DNA from: Podarcis filfolensis
Lineage: Eukaryota
Reading direction: 5' to 3' (one strand)
DNA: 64,000 nucleotides
Assembly (NCBI GenBank): GCA_964270895.1
Contig: OZ185437.1
In this document: positions 22,901 to 36,589 of the stretch, piece by piece
How positions within the stretch are numbered: the stretch's first letter is position 1
How the letters are laid out: each line of letters opens with the position of its first letter
The notes under the pieces: model-generated
Told to the model about the DNA's origin: nothing
The model's database searches: none
The model's input: only the letters and a program-made list of their open reading frames with translations
Position numbers and translations under genes: made by a program

Positions 22901-25900
22901 CCATAGCCACGAGTCCACAGAGCTGTGGCCACTACGTGTAAGTGATCTGCAGGAGTTTCTTGGCTTACTAATAAGCAGCACACTGCAGGGTGTTTAGCAA
23001 AGTAAGTTACAATATACTTTCCACAAACAGAAGCAGCTAGATCATGCCACTGTCTTACATATTTTAGCATATAACCAATTAATGCGCATGATCTAATTTA
23101 TGGAACTGTGATAGCTAGTTGCTTTCTTTCTGTGTGACTTCACACAAAAATGCACAAATAATATGCTATATATACACTTTTGTTTACATGTCCAGGATTT
23201 ATGCAATCTTGTTTCAGTTCAGGAAAACCACTCAACATACACTGAAAGGCATTTCCATGTTTTGTCTAACTAAAACATGCAGCTCTATTTTACATGAAAC
23301 ACTGCAGTTTCAGACATCATGTGATAGCATATAGCAAAAGGATACACTGCTCAGTGATATGAAGATGCTTTGCATGCACAAGAGCCCATTCTGATAGAAG
23401 GGCTGGGGGGAAACTTCTACCTAAGATATTATAGACCTTAGTAATGCAAGGAAGATTCCAAAACTAAAGGAAACAAATGCAGCTTAAAAATTTGTATGAA
23501 ATAAAATCATGGGGGCTTAAAAATTGCAGTTAATAGTTTCATGAGCAAGGTAAGCTATGAAAATGTGACATATGATGCAAGAACAGTATTAGAACAAAAT
23601 TTAGAACCTATGTCTGCACAATTTATTATCCTTTTAAAATATGTTGTTCTCTATAAAGGTTCCTGTCACTTACATTACCTATTTTTTCTCTGGTTGGGAC
23701 ACACATTCTTGAAGCTTACCTATATGGATCTACTATAATCCCAGCAAGTTAACGTTAACATTTCATTTTCCTTAATATGTATTCCTTGCAAATCCTGTAT
23801 GCACCTACCCAAAAACTTTAAGCAGATATGTAACTGTTTCACCACACAATTATCAGTTCTTTTGCCTGTTCATACTGCAATCATGGCTAAATAAAAGTTC
23901 AACGTTTGCAAGTGTTCTCTGCTATAATTCAAAAGACATAGAAGGGTACTTCACACAAGGCATTTTCCTACATAAACCTGTTCCACATAGGAAAACTAAT
24001 CTTACACCATAATGTGACATGTGCATGTGTTCTGAATACATGGAACCCACTGCTAATCACACACGCTAAGTGTGCATGTGCTGAAGTACATATCAGTATG
24101 CATCACATGTTATGGCATATACCTATTTTTTCTACATGGAAACAATGATCAATACAGAAAACAATTTGCATGAAGTGACCCTTGGTTATCACACAAAGCT
24201 GATGGCCAGGATCCAAAAAGCTGCTTTAAGTATACAAGAGGGGATTGAACAGGTTTCTTTAATAACAGCCCTCATTAATTTCTGAAACTCTTCTCTGTTT
24301 CAAAATCATCCCTTGCATTATATGAGGCTTTGGTTTAAGAAAAAAAAGTCAAAACCCTCAAACTCTTTGAAGGATGGTTCTTTGGATCTTGGCCTGTGCC
24401 TTCAAGAATTTCAGCCATTTCAGAATATCCATGATGCATTCTTCATGTCCACCTCCAGCACAACATAATCTCTTTAAGAACCTACATAGGAATTTAAGTT
24501 GTTGCTTATGTTTTCATGTTCACCAAACTACTGTCTCATATAAAAAATCAAGAAACTATTTCTGTCAAGAAAGAGATTATAAATGGGTGAGAGTGGCAAC
24601 AACAGTAACAAGCTAACAGAATTGCAGGATGCTGCTGCAATGAAAGCTACCACCTATTTAACAAATCAAATATTCTGGTAAAGTTATAATTTTTAAGCAT
24701 TTTCCTGTTAACTAGGAAGCCTCAATGATGCCACCCCCATAATTAGCATCACTATTGGATACTATGTGTGGTATCAGTGACAGTTAAAATATAGCATTCA
24801 GTGATTTCCCCTACTTTATCTGGAATCCTATGAACAAGGACAATGCAATACAATACTTTAAACACTGTTGAAACAGTCAGCTCTTGAGCACAGACAATGA
24901 TCCACAAAAAGTGATGTGCAGATACAAGAACTGTTCCTTTGACCCTTCAGAACCACATTAATATGTAGAAGAGTGAACTAGTACTTTCAAGTATCAAGTC
25001 AAAAAGAAATTTTGGCAAAACATATGGAAGACAAATGATGAAAATATTTCTTGAAAGGGATAAATTAAGATCCCACCCCTTAGACCTTTAAAATGTGTAG
25101 CAAAGTCAATTGTAAGGCATATCAAATAAAACTTAAATGTTTAAAGGGATGTGATTTCACAGTAAGTGGAAATATGTATATATCAAAGACCTGTTCAAGA
25201 CTAAGATACTCATTTTTCTAAAAATCAAGCAAAAATTAGTTTTTCCAGATGTCTATTTGAAGTGAAAACGAAGTAAGTTCATACTTAGGTTCATGTCACC
25301 TTGAGAACCCAAAAACATTTGAAGTCACCATCCTCTATCCAAACATGAATTGATTAAACTGAAGTTCACAAATAATCTGTAGGACATCCCACAATTAAAA
25401 CATACCTATGAGAAATGATTTTTGATTATACATTTAACAAGTTTTACAAAGTCAGTTGCAACATATTAAGACAGTTTTTGCTGTTTTCTCTGTTGGTCTT
25501 ACCTCTGTTTTGATGCTAGACCTTTAAAAGATTTTCCATAGCATCACCCCAAGATGTTTGAAAGATGCAATTTGTTTTTGCTTCAAGGTTTTCTTTCGAT
25601 GTAGACTCAATAATGGACAAAGGTTCATATACTACCACATTTCATATGCTGCAATAATTATCTAAAGCAGAGTTAAAAAGTACTTCGTAGAAGTATCTTT
25701 TATTTAACTCAACCAATACTGTATTGGGAATGCTGGAAGTGGAACATTAAAATATTTGTTCTTCTATTTTACCTACTATGAAACAGTCCTTAATTTTCTT
25801 TCTGTTATTATATATTGACTATTATGGTTCAATTATATTCGGCAGTCTTTCCATTGTGACCTCAAGAATGTACACTAAACTGTCCCAGACTACCATTCCT

Positions 25901-28900
25901 GGAAATCACTTGGGACATGACGAGGCATCAAAAAGTATCAACTCTTCTGAACTGATGCCAACCAGTGGGATGCATGCAATTTGCTTCAACATCATCTCTC
26001 TTCCAGAGAACAGGACAAAATCAAGTAGCAGCCTGTTCTACATATTTATATTCATACTACATGAAAGCTTCCCATACAGTAGTACGAACAGCAGTGTCCC
26101 CTGAACTATGCAGTACAACTATTTCAAGGCACATTTTATAGAAGGCTGCAGTACAAAAACTAGGTATACAGTGGAATGCAAAATGCCCCAAACAAACTCT
26201 GAAAGTAACTACTACTACTGCAGCACCTTGTATAGCCTGCACACAGTGTCTCAGGATAAAAATAATGAATGGCACTTCTGCATGGATAAGGGCAGTAAAA
26301 GAATCACAACTAGTTTGGGGTTAGATATACTAGTTGAGATCCAGGACGTACACAACTGCTTCAACAAGGTTAGGAAGATGTAATTAAATTGCAACTATAC
26401 GTACAGTACTAGATTTAGGAGTTCACATATTGCCAGCCATCCACAGAACAATTTGTTATTCAAAGCCATGAAAAGGTTCACTGAAGTCCTATGGAACCCA
26501 AATGCTAGGAAAAATCAACACTGACTGTGTGCGTGTTCTCACAGCTATTCAAAGCCGATTACCAAATGTGATTTAAACAAAATTCACCTCATTGAGTTTT
26601 GACCCAGCAGTTCAGTGAACAAGGAGGAAGTCCACAGTCTTATTGGCAAAACTGACTTAATCAGTCTCTAAGTCACTAGGTTTAGGGTTAAGAGCGAAGC
26701 ATATTCCATTTTAATGTTTTACTCGAATTTGACATGATCAATTCATGATTTAAAATCTCTAGGTTCTCCTCCAAACTGTCTGTAGACATAGTGTGCCACA
26801 GACTTTAGACTTCTGCTTCTCCCTCTATTTTCTTCAAACAGAACCACTTCGCAAGTGTCTACATGTTCTAGAAAGGGCACTTTTTCTGAGGTGGCCACTT
26901 CTTCAGAATAGTCCGACGCTGTCAGGCCTCTGAAGCAAAGGGGGGGAAAAGCTGAAACACAAGGTTCATCTGATAAGTTTTACATTAAGCATTACAAGCT
27001 GGACAGTATAAGAATGTGGCTTTTGGCTCAAAACGTCTGAGTCTTGGTGTGGAAACGAGTACGTGGTTGTCCCACCAAAGCATTCTCTGTCAGGGAAGTC
27101 TTGACTGGGGAGTATGTTTTGTTTACCTATCAGGTGTAAATTTCCAGGCACTCAGTTCATTTTGGGCTTGTTCCAGTTTGTCTTTAGTCTGTTCCAGTTC
27201 AGCTTTCATTTTTAGGAAAAACAAGTTGATGGCTGGGTCCACCATTGTTGATCTCAGTTGAGCAACACTTGGCTGCTGGACTTGCTTGAGGTACTGGATC
27301 TGATTCTGCATAAAAGAGGGCAAAATGATTACATTGGCATTTACAAGCTTTCATGAGCCAACTTAACCCATTTCAGTCTGATACCCCCATACAATAAGGA
27401 TCTCATAATTTAACATTTTCTTGAATACAACTGAACACCGAAACTGACAGGAATGCATGGAATTTGAATGCTTAGAATGGATCCAAAGAACAGGGTAATT
27501 TTGTGTTTGTTCCACCGGCATACTGGGTACCTAGGATTTATTTTTTTTAAAATCATCACTGTATCAACCTCCAGGAACTACTCCCAAAATTTAACCCATA
27601 GCACCTTCAGATCATCCACCGCAATCAAGCAGTATACAAATTTTATAAAATAAATGAATCTACATATGCCTTTTATTTGTAATTTTACACTTTAAGCTCC
27701 CCAAAAGCCAGAGCTATAAGTTGTTCTCAACTCAATTTTAAGTTGTACTAGTAGTAACTTGTAGGCTTACATCAAGTTCTCTTTTTAACATTGGCAGTTT
27801 TCATCTTTGCATGCACTTCTGTAAAAAGGCAGGTAACATCAAAGAGACATTTGACTGGCCAATAAATATGTGGCTTTAATCCTTTTTGGGGGGGTAGAAT
27901 TTTTAAAACCATTTTTTTTACCTATCTTAGAGGAAATATGAACTGGCAGGACAGATCTCTTCGAAATTCATTGTTATTTGAGTGAATACTACATTAGAGA
28001 AAATTCTACTTAACACATTTTCTTCTGCCAATATTTATTACTCAATGAACACTGGTACTGTGATATCAGTTGGGAAGTTCTAAAGCAGAGTAACTTTTGT
28101 CTTCTTCTAGAATCCCATCTCAAAGTGCTTTAAAGGAGCTACATCAGTGCTAAGAACCACATAGCTTGGCAAAAAGTATGAAATACAGCTTGCAGAAAAG
28201 GTGGCCAAAGCAACTGCTAGCCAATGTCTGATCTGACAATATTTATGCAGTAAACTGCACAAAAAGTAATGAACATAAATGTATCAACTCCCAAGCTATG
28301 GACTGATAAATTTGAGATTCTGCAGCATAAATAGGCATATAGCTAGAAACACCTCCCTAACCACAGTGATATTTCCCTAAGCCAACTAATATCCTAGTCT
28401 TGTCTGCTAGAACTATTCACAAACTGGGAAGCCAAGCTCTGCTTCTACATTTATACAGGTACACCTAAATTAAGTGAATTAAGTAAACCGACAAATGACT
28501 TGAAGGAAGTCATTCACAAGGAAAAGTGCTGTTCCTCTTACTGTAGGTACAGAAGACAATAGTGAACACTGGGCCTGCTTCCTGAAATATCTTTGGGACT
28601 CCATTAACTCATTTTGGAAGTAGAGATGACATATATAGATCAGAACAGCTGGGTCATCTTCGTCATACACCACCACAATTTGGCTACACAGAAGTTGTTT
28701 CAGCTACCTATGCATCACAGCAGAATTAAATGTGCACAGCATTTTATTGTTATTTTAAAAGTAGCTATGTTTTGCTTAGGTCTGCTACTGATCTAGGGTA
28801 GTTCTCAGTCACTTAAAAAGATGAAGGCATCATGATTCATTAAAGTTTTCATTCTGCCAGGAATGTGGCCTTTTGACCAAAAAGACTGAAAAAACACTCA

Positions 28901-29729
28901 TGCAACAGGATAGTTGAAGCAAACACCACAGGATGTTAATAGTATTCCACATACAGGATGTTAAGCTAAAAATAAATATATCAACACAGACACCTTCATC
29001 TGCAACAAGTTGAAAAGCTTCACTTACAGTACACTCTTGCATCTCTTGTTCCTTAGTTGCCAGCCGCATCACTAGGATATTTTCTCTTCGAGCAGATTCT
29101 TGCTGTTGCTGCTTCAGCTTTTCTTCTGACTCTCTCAATCCAGTTACATCATTAGCTATTGTTGAATGGCAAAGCGAACACAAAGTTTTAGTGGGAGCCT
29201 ATAAAGACCTGAAACCAAATTTTTGTCTAAGCAAAACAACTTGACCATCAAGCTTGTTTGCCTCTGCACCCCTATTGAATCAACTAAACCCACATACAAG
29301 AATTTAACGGGGAAAGGAATAGCTCCTCTACATCAAGCAAAGCTGCACAAACACAAGAAAGATCAATTAGGAGATTCCTACCCTTTTTCTACCTTCCTTT
29401 TTCCTATCAGCTGTCAACAACAGGTAGGACCAGTAGTCTATAATAAGGGAACTCCCCCTCCCTCTCCTCTTCCCCTACTTGCTCCTCAAATTTGCTTCAG
29501 AGGGTTGCTGGAACCCCCTGAACAGATTCTGTGAGTGTATGAAGAGAGAAAAGGGAGGGTAAGTTCCAAAGCACAGCCAGAAGTCCCTTCACTAATGAAA
29601 CTACTTCATGGAATGCCACCCTTCATTTCTATTTCTAGGGACTACTTGTGAGAAGTAATGATTTATTTTTTTTAGGTGCCCAAGTTAGCCTACTCCTGCA
29701 ACAAAATATTGTGCCATCTTAAAAAATAA

Positions 29730-29778
<49 letters not shown>

Positions 29779-32653
29779 GGGCAAAAGCTTTTGTTGAGTT
29801 AAATTCATGAGACACCAACATAGCATGTTTTAACTATTAACCAAGGATATTAAGTTCATAGAAGATTACATAACCTCCATAACAACTAGAAAGCTGAAAA
29901 GCAGTTGCCATGTTTAAAGGACTTAGAGGCACTTAAAGGGGATTAGACCATTACTGTGATTGCAGTGTCCCACAAACAAAATTCATGCTGTGGATCTATT
30001 AACATCTACAGATGACAGAGACAGCACATATAGTCTGGTATTTAGCTTTGTCCTAAAACTGGTAAAAACTTTCTGCTGCCAGTACAAACACACCAATAAT
30101 AACGGCTTGCAGTTCCCCAAGACCCCAACTGGGAGAAAAGAACTGAACTTTTCTACAAACTGCATTTTGTTTGAGATCAGTCAACAGGTTCACGTTAATT
30201 AAACTCATACTTGAGATAGCGCTCTCTTGGGTGTGTTTAGAAAAAAGCTTGCTTGTCACTCTAGAGGTATTGCATGGTAACCTGTACAACTATCCTTTGG
30301 TGCCTAATTGTTGTTCCCAGTATTAATCCCAAGGTGGATATGTAAAGGCAAGCTTCTCTTTCCAGAGGGACAATTTTGAGATTCAAATAGCTTAAAATAA
30401 CCTGAACTCAAATCCCAAGGATACAGAGGAGTTCAACAACACTTACTTTAATACCACTTTACACTGATGTTTTCTGACTGAATGGGTTTATGTTAACAAA
30501 TCAAACAAATCTGATTGCAAAGTAAAGATTAAAAAACCCCTCTTAAGTAATTTTATCTGTATCTGTATAAATTTATCTATACCTGTATAAACAGGTACTG
30601 ACAGAGAAACTGTGGCTCGCCAAGATTTTGTTGGACCCCAGTTCTCCTCAGTCTCAGGCAGCAGAACCAACAACCCTATGATGGGAAGCATACGACCACA
30701 TCTGGAGTGCCACAGGTTTCCCATACCTGACTTTACAGCAAGAACCCATCGTATTGGCTTAAAGAATTCCACAATGATCAGAAGGTGCATATACACAAAA
30801 TATGATACACTTTATCATTCATTCTATATTAATGTTTTTCAAGAACAGCATACCCCAACCTGGTGCCCTCCATATGTTTTAAACTACTCCACCGCAACCA
30901 GCAGTCAATAACCAGGAATGATAGGATTGGAAGCCAAAAATATATGGACAGCACCAGCTGGGGAAGGCTGGTCTAAAACCATAGTTCTCAAACTGGTCTT
31001 TAGCTGTGACTGCAGAGGAGACCACAAAACATACATGATGGCTACAGGCAAGGTCACAGCACTGTGATTTTATGATAGCATTTCAGAAATCCTGCTTAAG
31101 CCTCCTGAAACAAAAGTAAGTATTTAATTATCAGATGCACCCACAGCACTTCCAACAGTATCAGTTTGAGCAGTTAACCAAACTTCTGCAGACAATAAGT
31201 GCGAAGATACCCAATGGGAAACCCAACACCAGTCCCACTCATAGATCTGCTGAATTCATTTAACTTTATTACAGGCACTTCTAACACACCAACAACTTCT
31301 GAAAAGACCACCAAAAACCTTTAACAATAATTTGAGCCAGCCACTTTCTCACCTCCTCCTATGGGTTACCTGGAATACTTTTGTACAAAAGGGATGGCAG
31401 GATAGGAGGATAGATTAGGAAGCTTACACCAGCTGCTGCTAGTTATGTGTGTATTTTATTTACGCCTGGGTTTTGTTTCTTTGTTGGGTTTTTTTAAAAA
31501 CATAAACCACATTTAAGCTTAGTAAACACTGTATACCAATGACTTAAAATGTGGCCTGTGACACACCAATTTGAACAATGTACATCAGAGATAGGTTACT
31601 TAAGCCTGAGTGACTGAACTGCTAATGCCATTAATATGTCTGAACTCTAAGTAGATAGATAAAAGTGAACCTTTGAAGGGAACTACAGTTCTAAACGGTT
31701 TGTGGATCAGCCTGACCAAGCTTACTTAAAGGGCTGTTCAGATACTTTTCTGAGCTGTACAGAAAACCCAACCGCTTCCTCTTAAAAAAACTATTTTATT
31801 TATTATCACTTCTATTTTGCAATTGAGTTTCCACTTACAGTTAAGGTCTGTATATTTGCCCTCCAGAGCTTGCACATATGCTTCATACTGCTTCCACCTA
31901 ATGAGGAAGGAAAATGGTTTTTGAATCTTAAATTATTAAATTATGGCATGCTTGGTGCAAAGTGGGAGTACAGACAAGATCACACTTAAACACACAATAG
32001 GGTATTCATTAAATATCTTAAGCTCTTTCCAACCAAAAACAATGAGCTATAGACAATCTCACATCTAGTACCACCCTAAGCACCTTTCCATCCTTCATTT
32101 CTGCAGTATTAAAACAAGTTTCTAGCCTCATATATGAAAGACATGGAGAGTTTATTTCTGTTACAAACCCAAGACTGCCAAGGTGCAGACTCTTGGTCAT
32201 ACTCTTACATTCTTTCCTCTGGAATTCTCTATACAGTCTGAAAGTATATCAAATGACTTTTTTCCTTTCTGCATTGTAAGTTCAGAATTTCCAGCTACTT
32301 GCCTTTGGATAAACATGTACTTTTTCTCCACAGCCAGTAGGAAAAGGTTTAGTTGTAATCTTTCTACCTCATTAAACTTAAAATTGCTTTTTAGTTCCCT
32401 GTTACCATAAAAATGGAAGTTATTCAAAATGAAACAGTTAAGAGATGCATGGTTTTTAAGTAGAAGGTAGCCTATCACTTTACCTTAAGATCAACTCCTC
32501 TCTAGGTAGAACCTTGAAGTCTGTATCACTGAGGCGAACCTACAGAACAAAAATAATCAAGTTCAACTATTTCCTCATGCGATATTGAGAAAGAAATACA
32601 AATGCTACAGCTTTCAAGCTTACCTTCTTCGGAAGTGGTTCTTCATTAGTCAT
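19328..32653 (-). CDS. WTAP: Pre-mRNA-splicing regulator / m6A writer subunit WTAP; join(32624-32653,32484-32539,31839-31897,29028-29155,27127-27305,21784-21938,19328-19917), 398 aa
   Basis: MTNEEPLPKKVRLS...WKQYEAYVQALEGKY...RRENILVMRLATKEQEMQEC...DPAINLFFLKMK...GKKLMAKCRMLIQENQELG; 1197 nt; all introns GT-AG. Confidence 0.97.
20666..20755. mobile_element. Short hAT MITE (CATAGCTGTCAAC TIRs)
   Basis: Hairpin ends catagctgtcaacttttccc / gggaaaagttgacagctatg; same family as 38153-38331. Confidence 0.75.
21784..21938 (-). CDS. WTAP: WTAP exon 7 (155 nt)
   Basis: QTGKKLMAKCRMLIQENQELGRQLSQGRIAQLEAELALQKKYSEELKSSQD. Confidence 0.97.
22287..22406. mobile_element. Palindromic MITE of a common squamate family
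   Basis: gggttgcatcca..gtcct..cagagtagaccca / tgggtctactttg..aggact..gaaccc; weaker copies near 10605, 39900, 46740 and 59780. Confidence 0.6.
23944..24181. mobile_element. MITE-like element, possibly PIF/Harbinger
   Basis: Imperfect TIRs gggtacttcac / atgaagtgaccc. Confidence 0.35.
26115..27126 (-). other. WTAP: WTAP intron-6 composite terminal exon / 3'UTR of truncated isoform (read-through AG|G TAA gives ...KFTPDR*)
   Basis: Stop directly after the exon 6 donor (27123-27125); downstream sequence is TE-free and closely resembles the human short-isoform UTR as I recall it, ending ..AAATGTGCCTTGAAATAG. Confidence 0.75.
26743..26929 (-). CDS. WTAP: WTAP alternative terminal exon in intron 6 (RGLTASDYSEEVATSEKVPF...DFKS*)
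   Basis: Pyrimidine tract CTTTTCCCCCCCTTTGCTTCAG|; phase 2 joins exon 6; homologous to the human RGLMASDYSEEVATSEKFPF isoform tail (recalled). Confidence 0.7.
27127..27305 (-). CDS. WTAP: WTAP exon 6 (179 nt)
   Basis: NQIQYLKQVQQPSVAQLRSTMVDPAINLFFLKMKAELEQTKDKLEQAQNELSAWKFTPD. Confidence 0.97.
29028..29155 (-). CDS. WTAP: WTAP exon 5 (128 nt)
   Basis: NDVTGLRESEEKLKQQQQESARRENILVMRLATKEQEMQECT. Confidence 0.97.
29733..29776. repeat. (TA)22 microsatellite
   Basis: Uninterrupted TA run. Confidence 0.95.
30844..30970. mobile_element. hAT-like MITE (cagccttccccaacctggtgccctcc family), degenerate
   Basis: Ends cagcataccccaacctggtgccctcc / gcaccagctggggaaggctg; related copy near 58918-59040. 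Confidence 0.6.
31839..31897 (-). CDS. WTAP: WTAP exon 4 (59 nt)
   Basis: WKQYEAYVQALEGKYTDLN. Confidence 0.97.
32484..32539 (-). CDS. WTAP: WTAP exon 3 (56 nt)
   Basis: VRLSDTDFKVLPREELIL. Confidence 0.96.
32624..32653 (-). CDS. WTAP: WTAP exon 2 coding part (exon spans 32624-32661)
   Basis: TGCAG|AATTCACA ATG..MTNEEPLPKK|GTAAG. Confidence 0.96.
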
Positions 32654-34032
32654 TGTGAATTCTGCATAAAAGAAACAAACACTATCATTATTTGGTCCTC
32701 TTACTACCATAGCCAGCATTTTTATGCCACCTGAAAATAATGATGCACTCCAACTGAAGTGAGTCCACTGAACACAGCATTATGTACTTTCCAGAATTAT
32801 GAAGAATTGGGCTCTAAGTATTAGATCCAGACTACCCCTAGGCAGACCACCACCCAAGAGATTCTCCCATTGGAGGAGGTGGGGAGCCAACTTCTCCAAT
32901 CCCTCCTGAAAAACTGGGTCAGAGGGTCCTTGGGAGATGGTGATGGCAGCTACAGGAATTCCTCTGCTGAAACTGTCTCCTCCTGCTTTTTCCAGCAAGA
33001 GCCTCTGCTAGATCTTGGGTTCTTTCTGTCCATGAAAGCAAAAATATGGATCCAACCTACTGTGTTGAGTGTAACTGTAACTACAGCTAGCAGAAAGCTC
33101 ATTTCACAGCACAGAAAGGGTTTACATGTAAGTTACTGGTTTAAACATTTTTACAGCAGTACTAGGTATCTGCTTATACATATCTGCTGCAAAGTCTGAG
33201 AAAATGATCTGAATTAAATACTACTGAAATCCATGACTTTTTAGTTTTAAAAAATGTGTACTCTACCTTATGACCCTGCTGGGTTTCTGAGTTTTGTCCA
33301 ATTCACACAACTATTATTTTGTATTCAAATACTTTTTCTGACATTTATAAGCTTTCCATATCTAATGCATGTTATTATGTCTCTATTGCCCAAAATCTTT
33401 GCAAATAATATTGATACCAATTATCTAGTCATTAGTTATTGTCTCTATCTTCACTGACACCCTGTTTCCAGCTATACCGTGTCCTTGTTCCAAAGTTTTT
33501 CCGGCAAGACCTTTCCAGGAAAAGGCATGCAAAGGTATGGGAATTCAGATATATGTAGGTACAAAAGCTTTAGCTAAATATTGGTTCACCACTTTTGAAT
33601 TTATTCCTGCGATTAACTGGCACTACGCCTACCTCGGAGACAGTCAGGGAACCACTATGTTGTACTGAATTTAAAATCTGAACTTAACTTACTTGATGCT
33701 TAGCTTATTTTTTTAGTTGTTTTGTTAATAGTGTTTCATATATGGTAATTGTTTTACTGATGATTTGTAACTGTTCCATTGATTTTTTTAAGTATTCTAT
33801 AAGATTTATTCTGTATTTGTAATGTTCTGTTACATTATTTTTATGTATTGTTTGTATGCTGCTTTGGGATTCATTTGAATGAAAAGCAGCATACAAATAT
33901 AATCAATCAATCTTTTGCAACTTTATTTGGAAATTATTCAATCATGAATGAGTCTTGCAACACCCAGATTAAAATGTTGATAATCCATATAGGGTAAAAT
34001 ATTCTCCTTAAATTATTAGCAAAGAGCAGGTA

Positions 34033-34292
34033 CAGTGGTACCTCACAAGACGAAATTAATTCGTTCCGCGAGTCTTTTCGTCTTGCGAGGTTTTTCGTCT
34101 TGCGAAGCACGGTCAGTCGCAACTGCACTTCAAGCGGTTTTAAGAAAAAGGAAACAAACTCGCAAGACGTTTTCGTCTTGCGAAGCAAGCCCATAGGGAA
34201 ATTCATCTTGCGAAGCAACTCAAAAAACGAAAAACTCTTTCGTCTTGCGAGTTTTTCGTCTTCCGAGGCATTCGTCTTGCGAGGTACCACTG
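34033..34292. mobile_element. Tc1/mariner (pogo/Tigger-like) MITE with internal CGTCTTGCGA repeats
   Basis: TA TSD; 22-bp TIRs CAGTGGTACCTCACAAGACGAA / TTCGTCTTGCGAGGTACCACTG. Confidence 0.9.
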
Positions 34293-34663
34293 TACTTCTA
34301 AAAGCAATCAATATGTTTTAAAATCCGCAAGTCTCCCTCAGCAAGACTTATCACAGTATTTATTTTAAAGTCTTAAGGGGCCATATCTCTGGGCAACCTT
34401 CTGAGGGCTACGTGCCAGTGGTGGTCAGGGCCTGAAGCAAAAGTGAGAGAAGGAATAAATGTACATTTTGCCTTTGTACAGTGGGCTAGCATCTGCACAC
34501 ACTCACATACCTCTTGTTCTTTATTCAGGTAAGCAACAGGCATTATCAGACTTCAAGAATACATTCATGACAGGCAAAAACACTTGAGGAGAGTGCAAAG
34601 CAGGATGTGGCCTAGGGAGAGCTCTGATGGCCAAATAGATGCCTAGAGAGCCACAGTCATCTC

Positions 34664-34683
34664 CACACACACACACACACACA
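34664..34683. repeat. (CA)10 microsatellite
   Basis: CA run. Confidence 0.9.
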
Positions 34684-36589
34684 AGGGTCTCTATCCCTTC
34701 TATATAGGTAACTCACAAAACAAGTCTTTATTCATGGCTTCATATTATTGTGTAAAACTGATCAATTTAAGAACAAATTGTTCTTTCAGGATTTATGAAC
34801 TCAGACTTTGTATTATCACATGTGTTCAAGATGGCTATAGAAAGAAGTCATACCTATAACTCATATTAGCCAATGGCTTTAGTGAAGTTGTACACCACCC
34901 TGTGATCCTCGATAAGTTCCAGTTTTTTCTATTGCAAGTAAGCATCAATCCCTCTTAAGTCATTGTAGCTGCAGTGTTCAGTGCACATACTCCACCTTCA
35001 GAACATAATCAGATCCATACTAGATACCCTTCCAAAAGTAACAAACCCCATATTCATACCCAAACAACCTCATGAATGCAAGGACATGTGAGTATTATTA
35101 TTTCTGCTGCTTTGCATACATTTTATTAACTATATTTGGTTAAATAACCAAATTAAACTGTTTCAACATCAAAATGTAAGTTAAATATAAGGGTATTTAA
35201 TTGAAACACTTAAGTATGTCATCTTAACTTTTATGATTCTGTCAAACCACACATGTAAAATCTTGTCAGTTTTCATAGTATTTAAGAAAATAGACAACTG
35301 TGCTGTCATGTAACTAGATTTTATTTTCAGTGTATCATATCAGAAACTCTCTCATCCCTGACCCACTGCTGATCTAAGCTAAGCATCCATCTCCAAGCAA
35401 CAGAGCAATCCAGGATGAAACAAATATGGTGGCAGTTATGAGGAAAGTGCTTGTCTGTGTAAGTGTTCCATGCACATCTTATTATGTACAAATGAATGCA
35501 TTTACTTCCAGAGTCAACTCATTCATGTTTTAACTTAGTATCCAGTGAATTGTAGCTTGAGCAACTATAGCCTGTCATTAGTATGGTGCCTCTAAATGTG
35601 AATAGATCACTTTGCATGGTGGTTTTTACATGAGTGAACATCAAAGAACAGTTGCATAAGGAAACTCTTTACCTATGGGCAACACATATTTATTGGCCCT
35701 CAGATGAAAACCTCACTCCTGGTGAGTTGTGACAATCAATCTAGACATTGTAAGCTGCACCTGAAAATTACCTTGGGAAGGGGGCACCCAGTAGACTCCT
35801 TAGAATCTGACACATTGTGTAAACGTTTCTTGTTCTCAAACAGAACAGAAATATTTCCAGTAGTCAGTCTACAAATTCTACGTTGGAAATGCATCTGCAA
35901 CATTTGAGATGTTACAACATATACTGTACTGTACTGTACTTGTTTTGTTCCCCAAAGAGCAACCGAACTCTCAATAAATTAATACCACTGAGCAAGTTTG
36001 CACCTTAGCCTTACAATTTGGCAAAGTATACTGCCAAACCCATATTTTCAAACAGACTTTTGATTAGAAAGCAAGTGTAACCTACATTTGCTTGGAAAAG
36101 CTAAGAAACAGGAGTTTATCGACTTTAAATTCTTTATAAAATCGCTGTTTTAAGCAGCGGCAGTTCAAACCTGCTTTCTCTCTTGCACCAAGTAGTGATG
36201 CCTGCAATCTGAGGAACCCATTACTTTCTAGCGAGCCAAATCGAGCCTAAATAACCCATCCATGTGACTTGCAGTCCAATCCCATCCTTATTTACTTCGA
36301 AGCCCCATTTATTACAGTGGCGCGGACTCCAATGCAGAGGAGGAGTGCAGTCTAAAGCTTTATAACCTTTCATATTCTGCGTGGGGAATGTCTCTCTGTG
36401 TGCATCTACCCGTCTATCTACATCTGGCTTCCGATTCCCCCTCTATCCAAATGGCGTAGAAATAAAAAACGTGCTGCCAAGTCCTTTCAGGTCTTACGGA
36501 TAAAAGGCCTCCTCGTAATTAAGAAATCATCTAAGGAGTATTTTAGAATCCCAGGGTATCCACGCTCCTGCCTACGAAGGACGATGCCT

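Noticed and set aside
33934-34321. 125 aa and 73 aa ORFs; CRISPR-like repeats (CGTCTTGCGA)
   Set aside because: Internal subterminal repeats of a mariner MITE with irregular spacing; eukaryotic context, no CRISPR.
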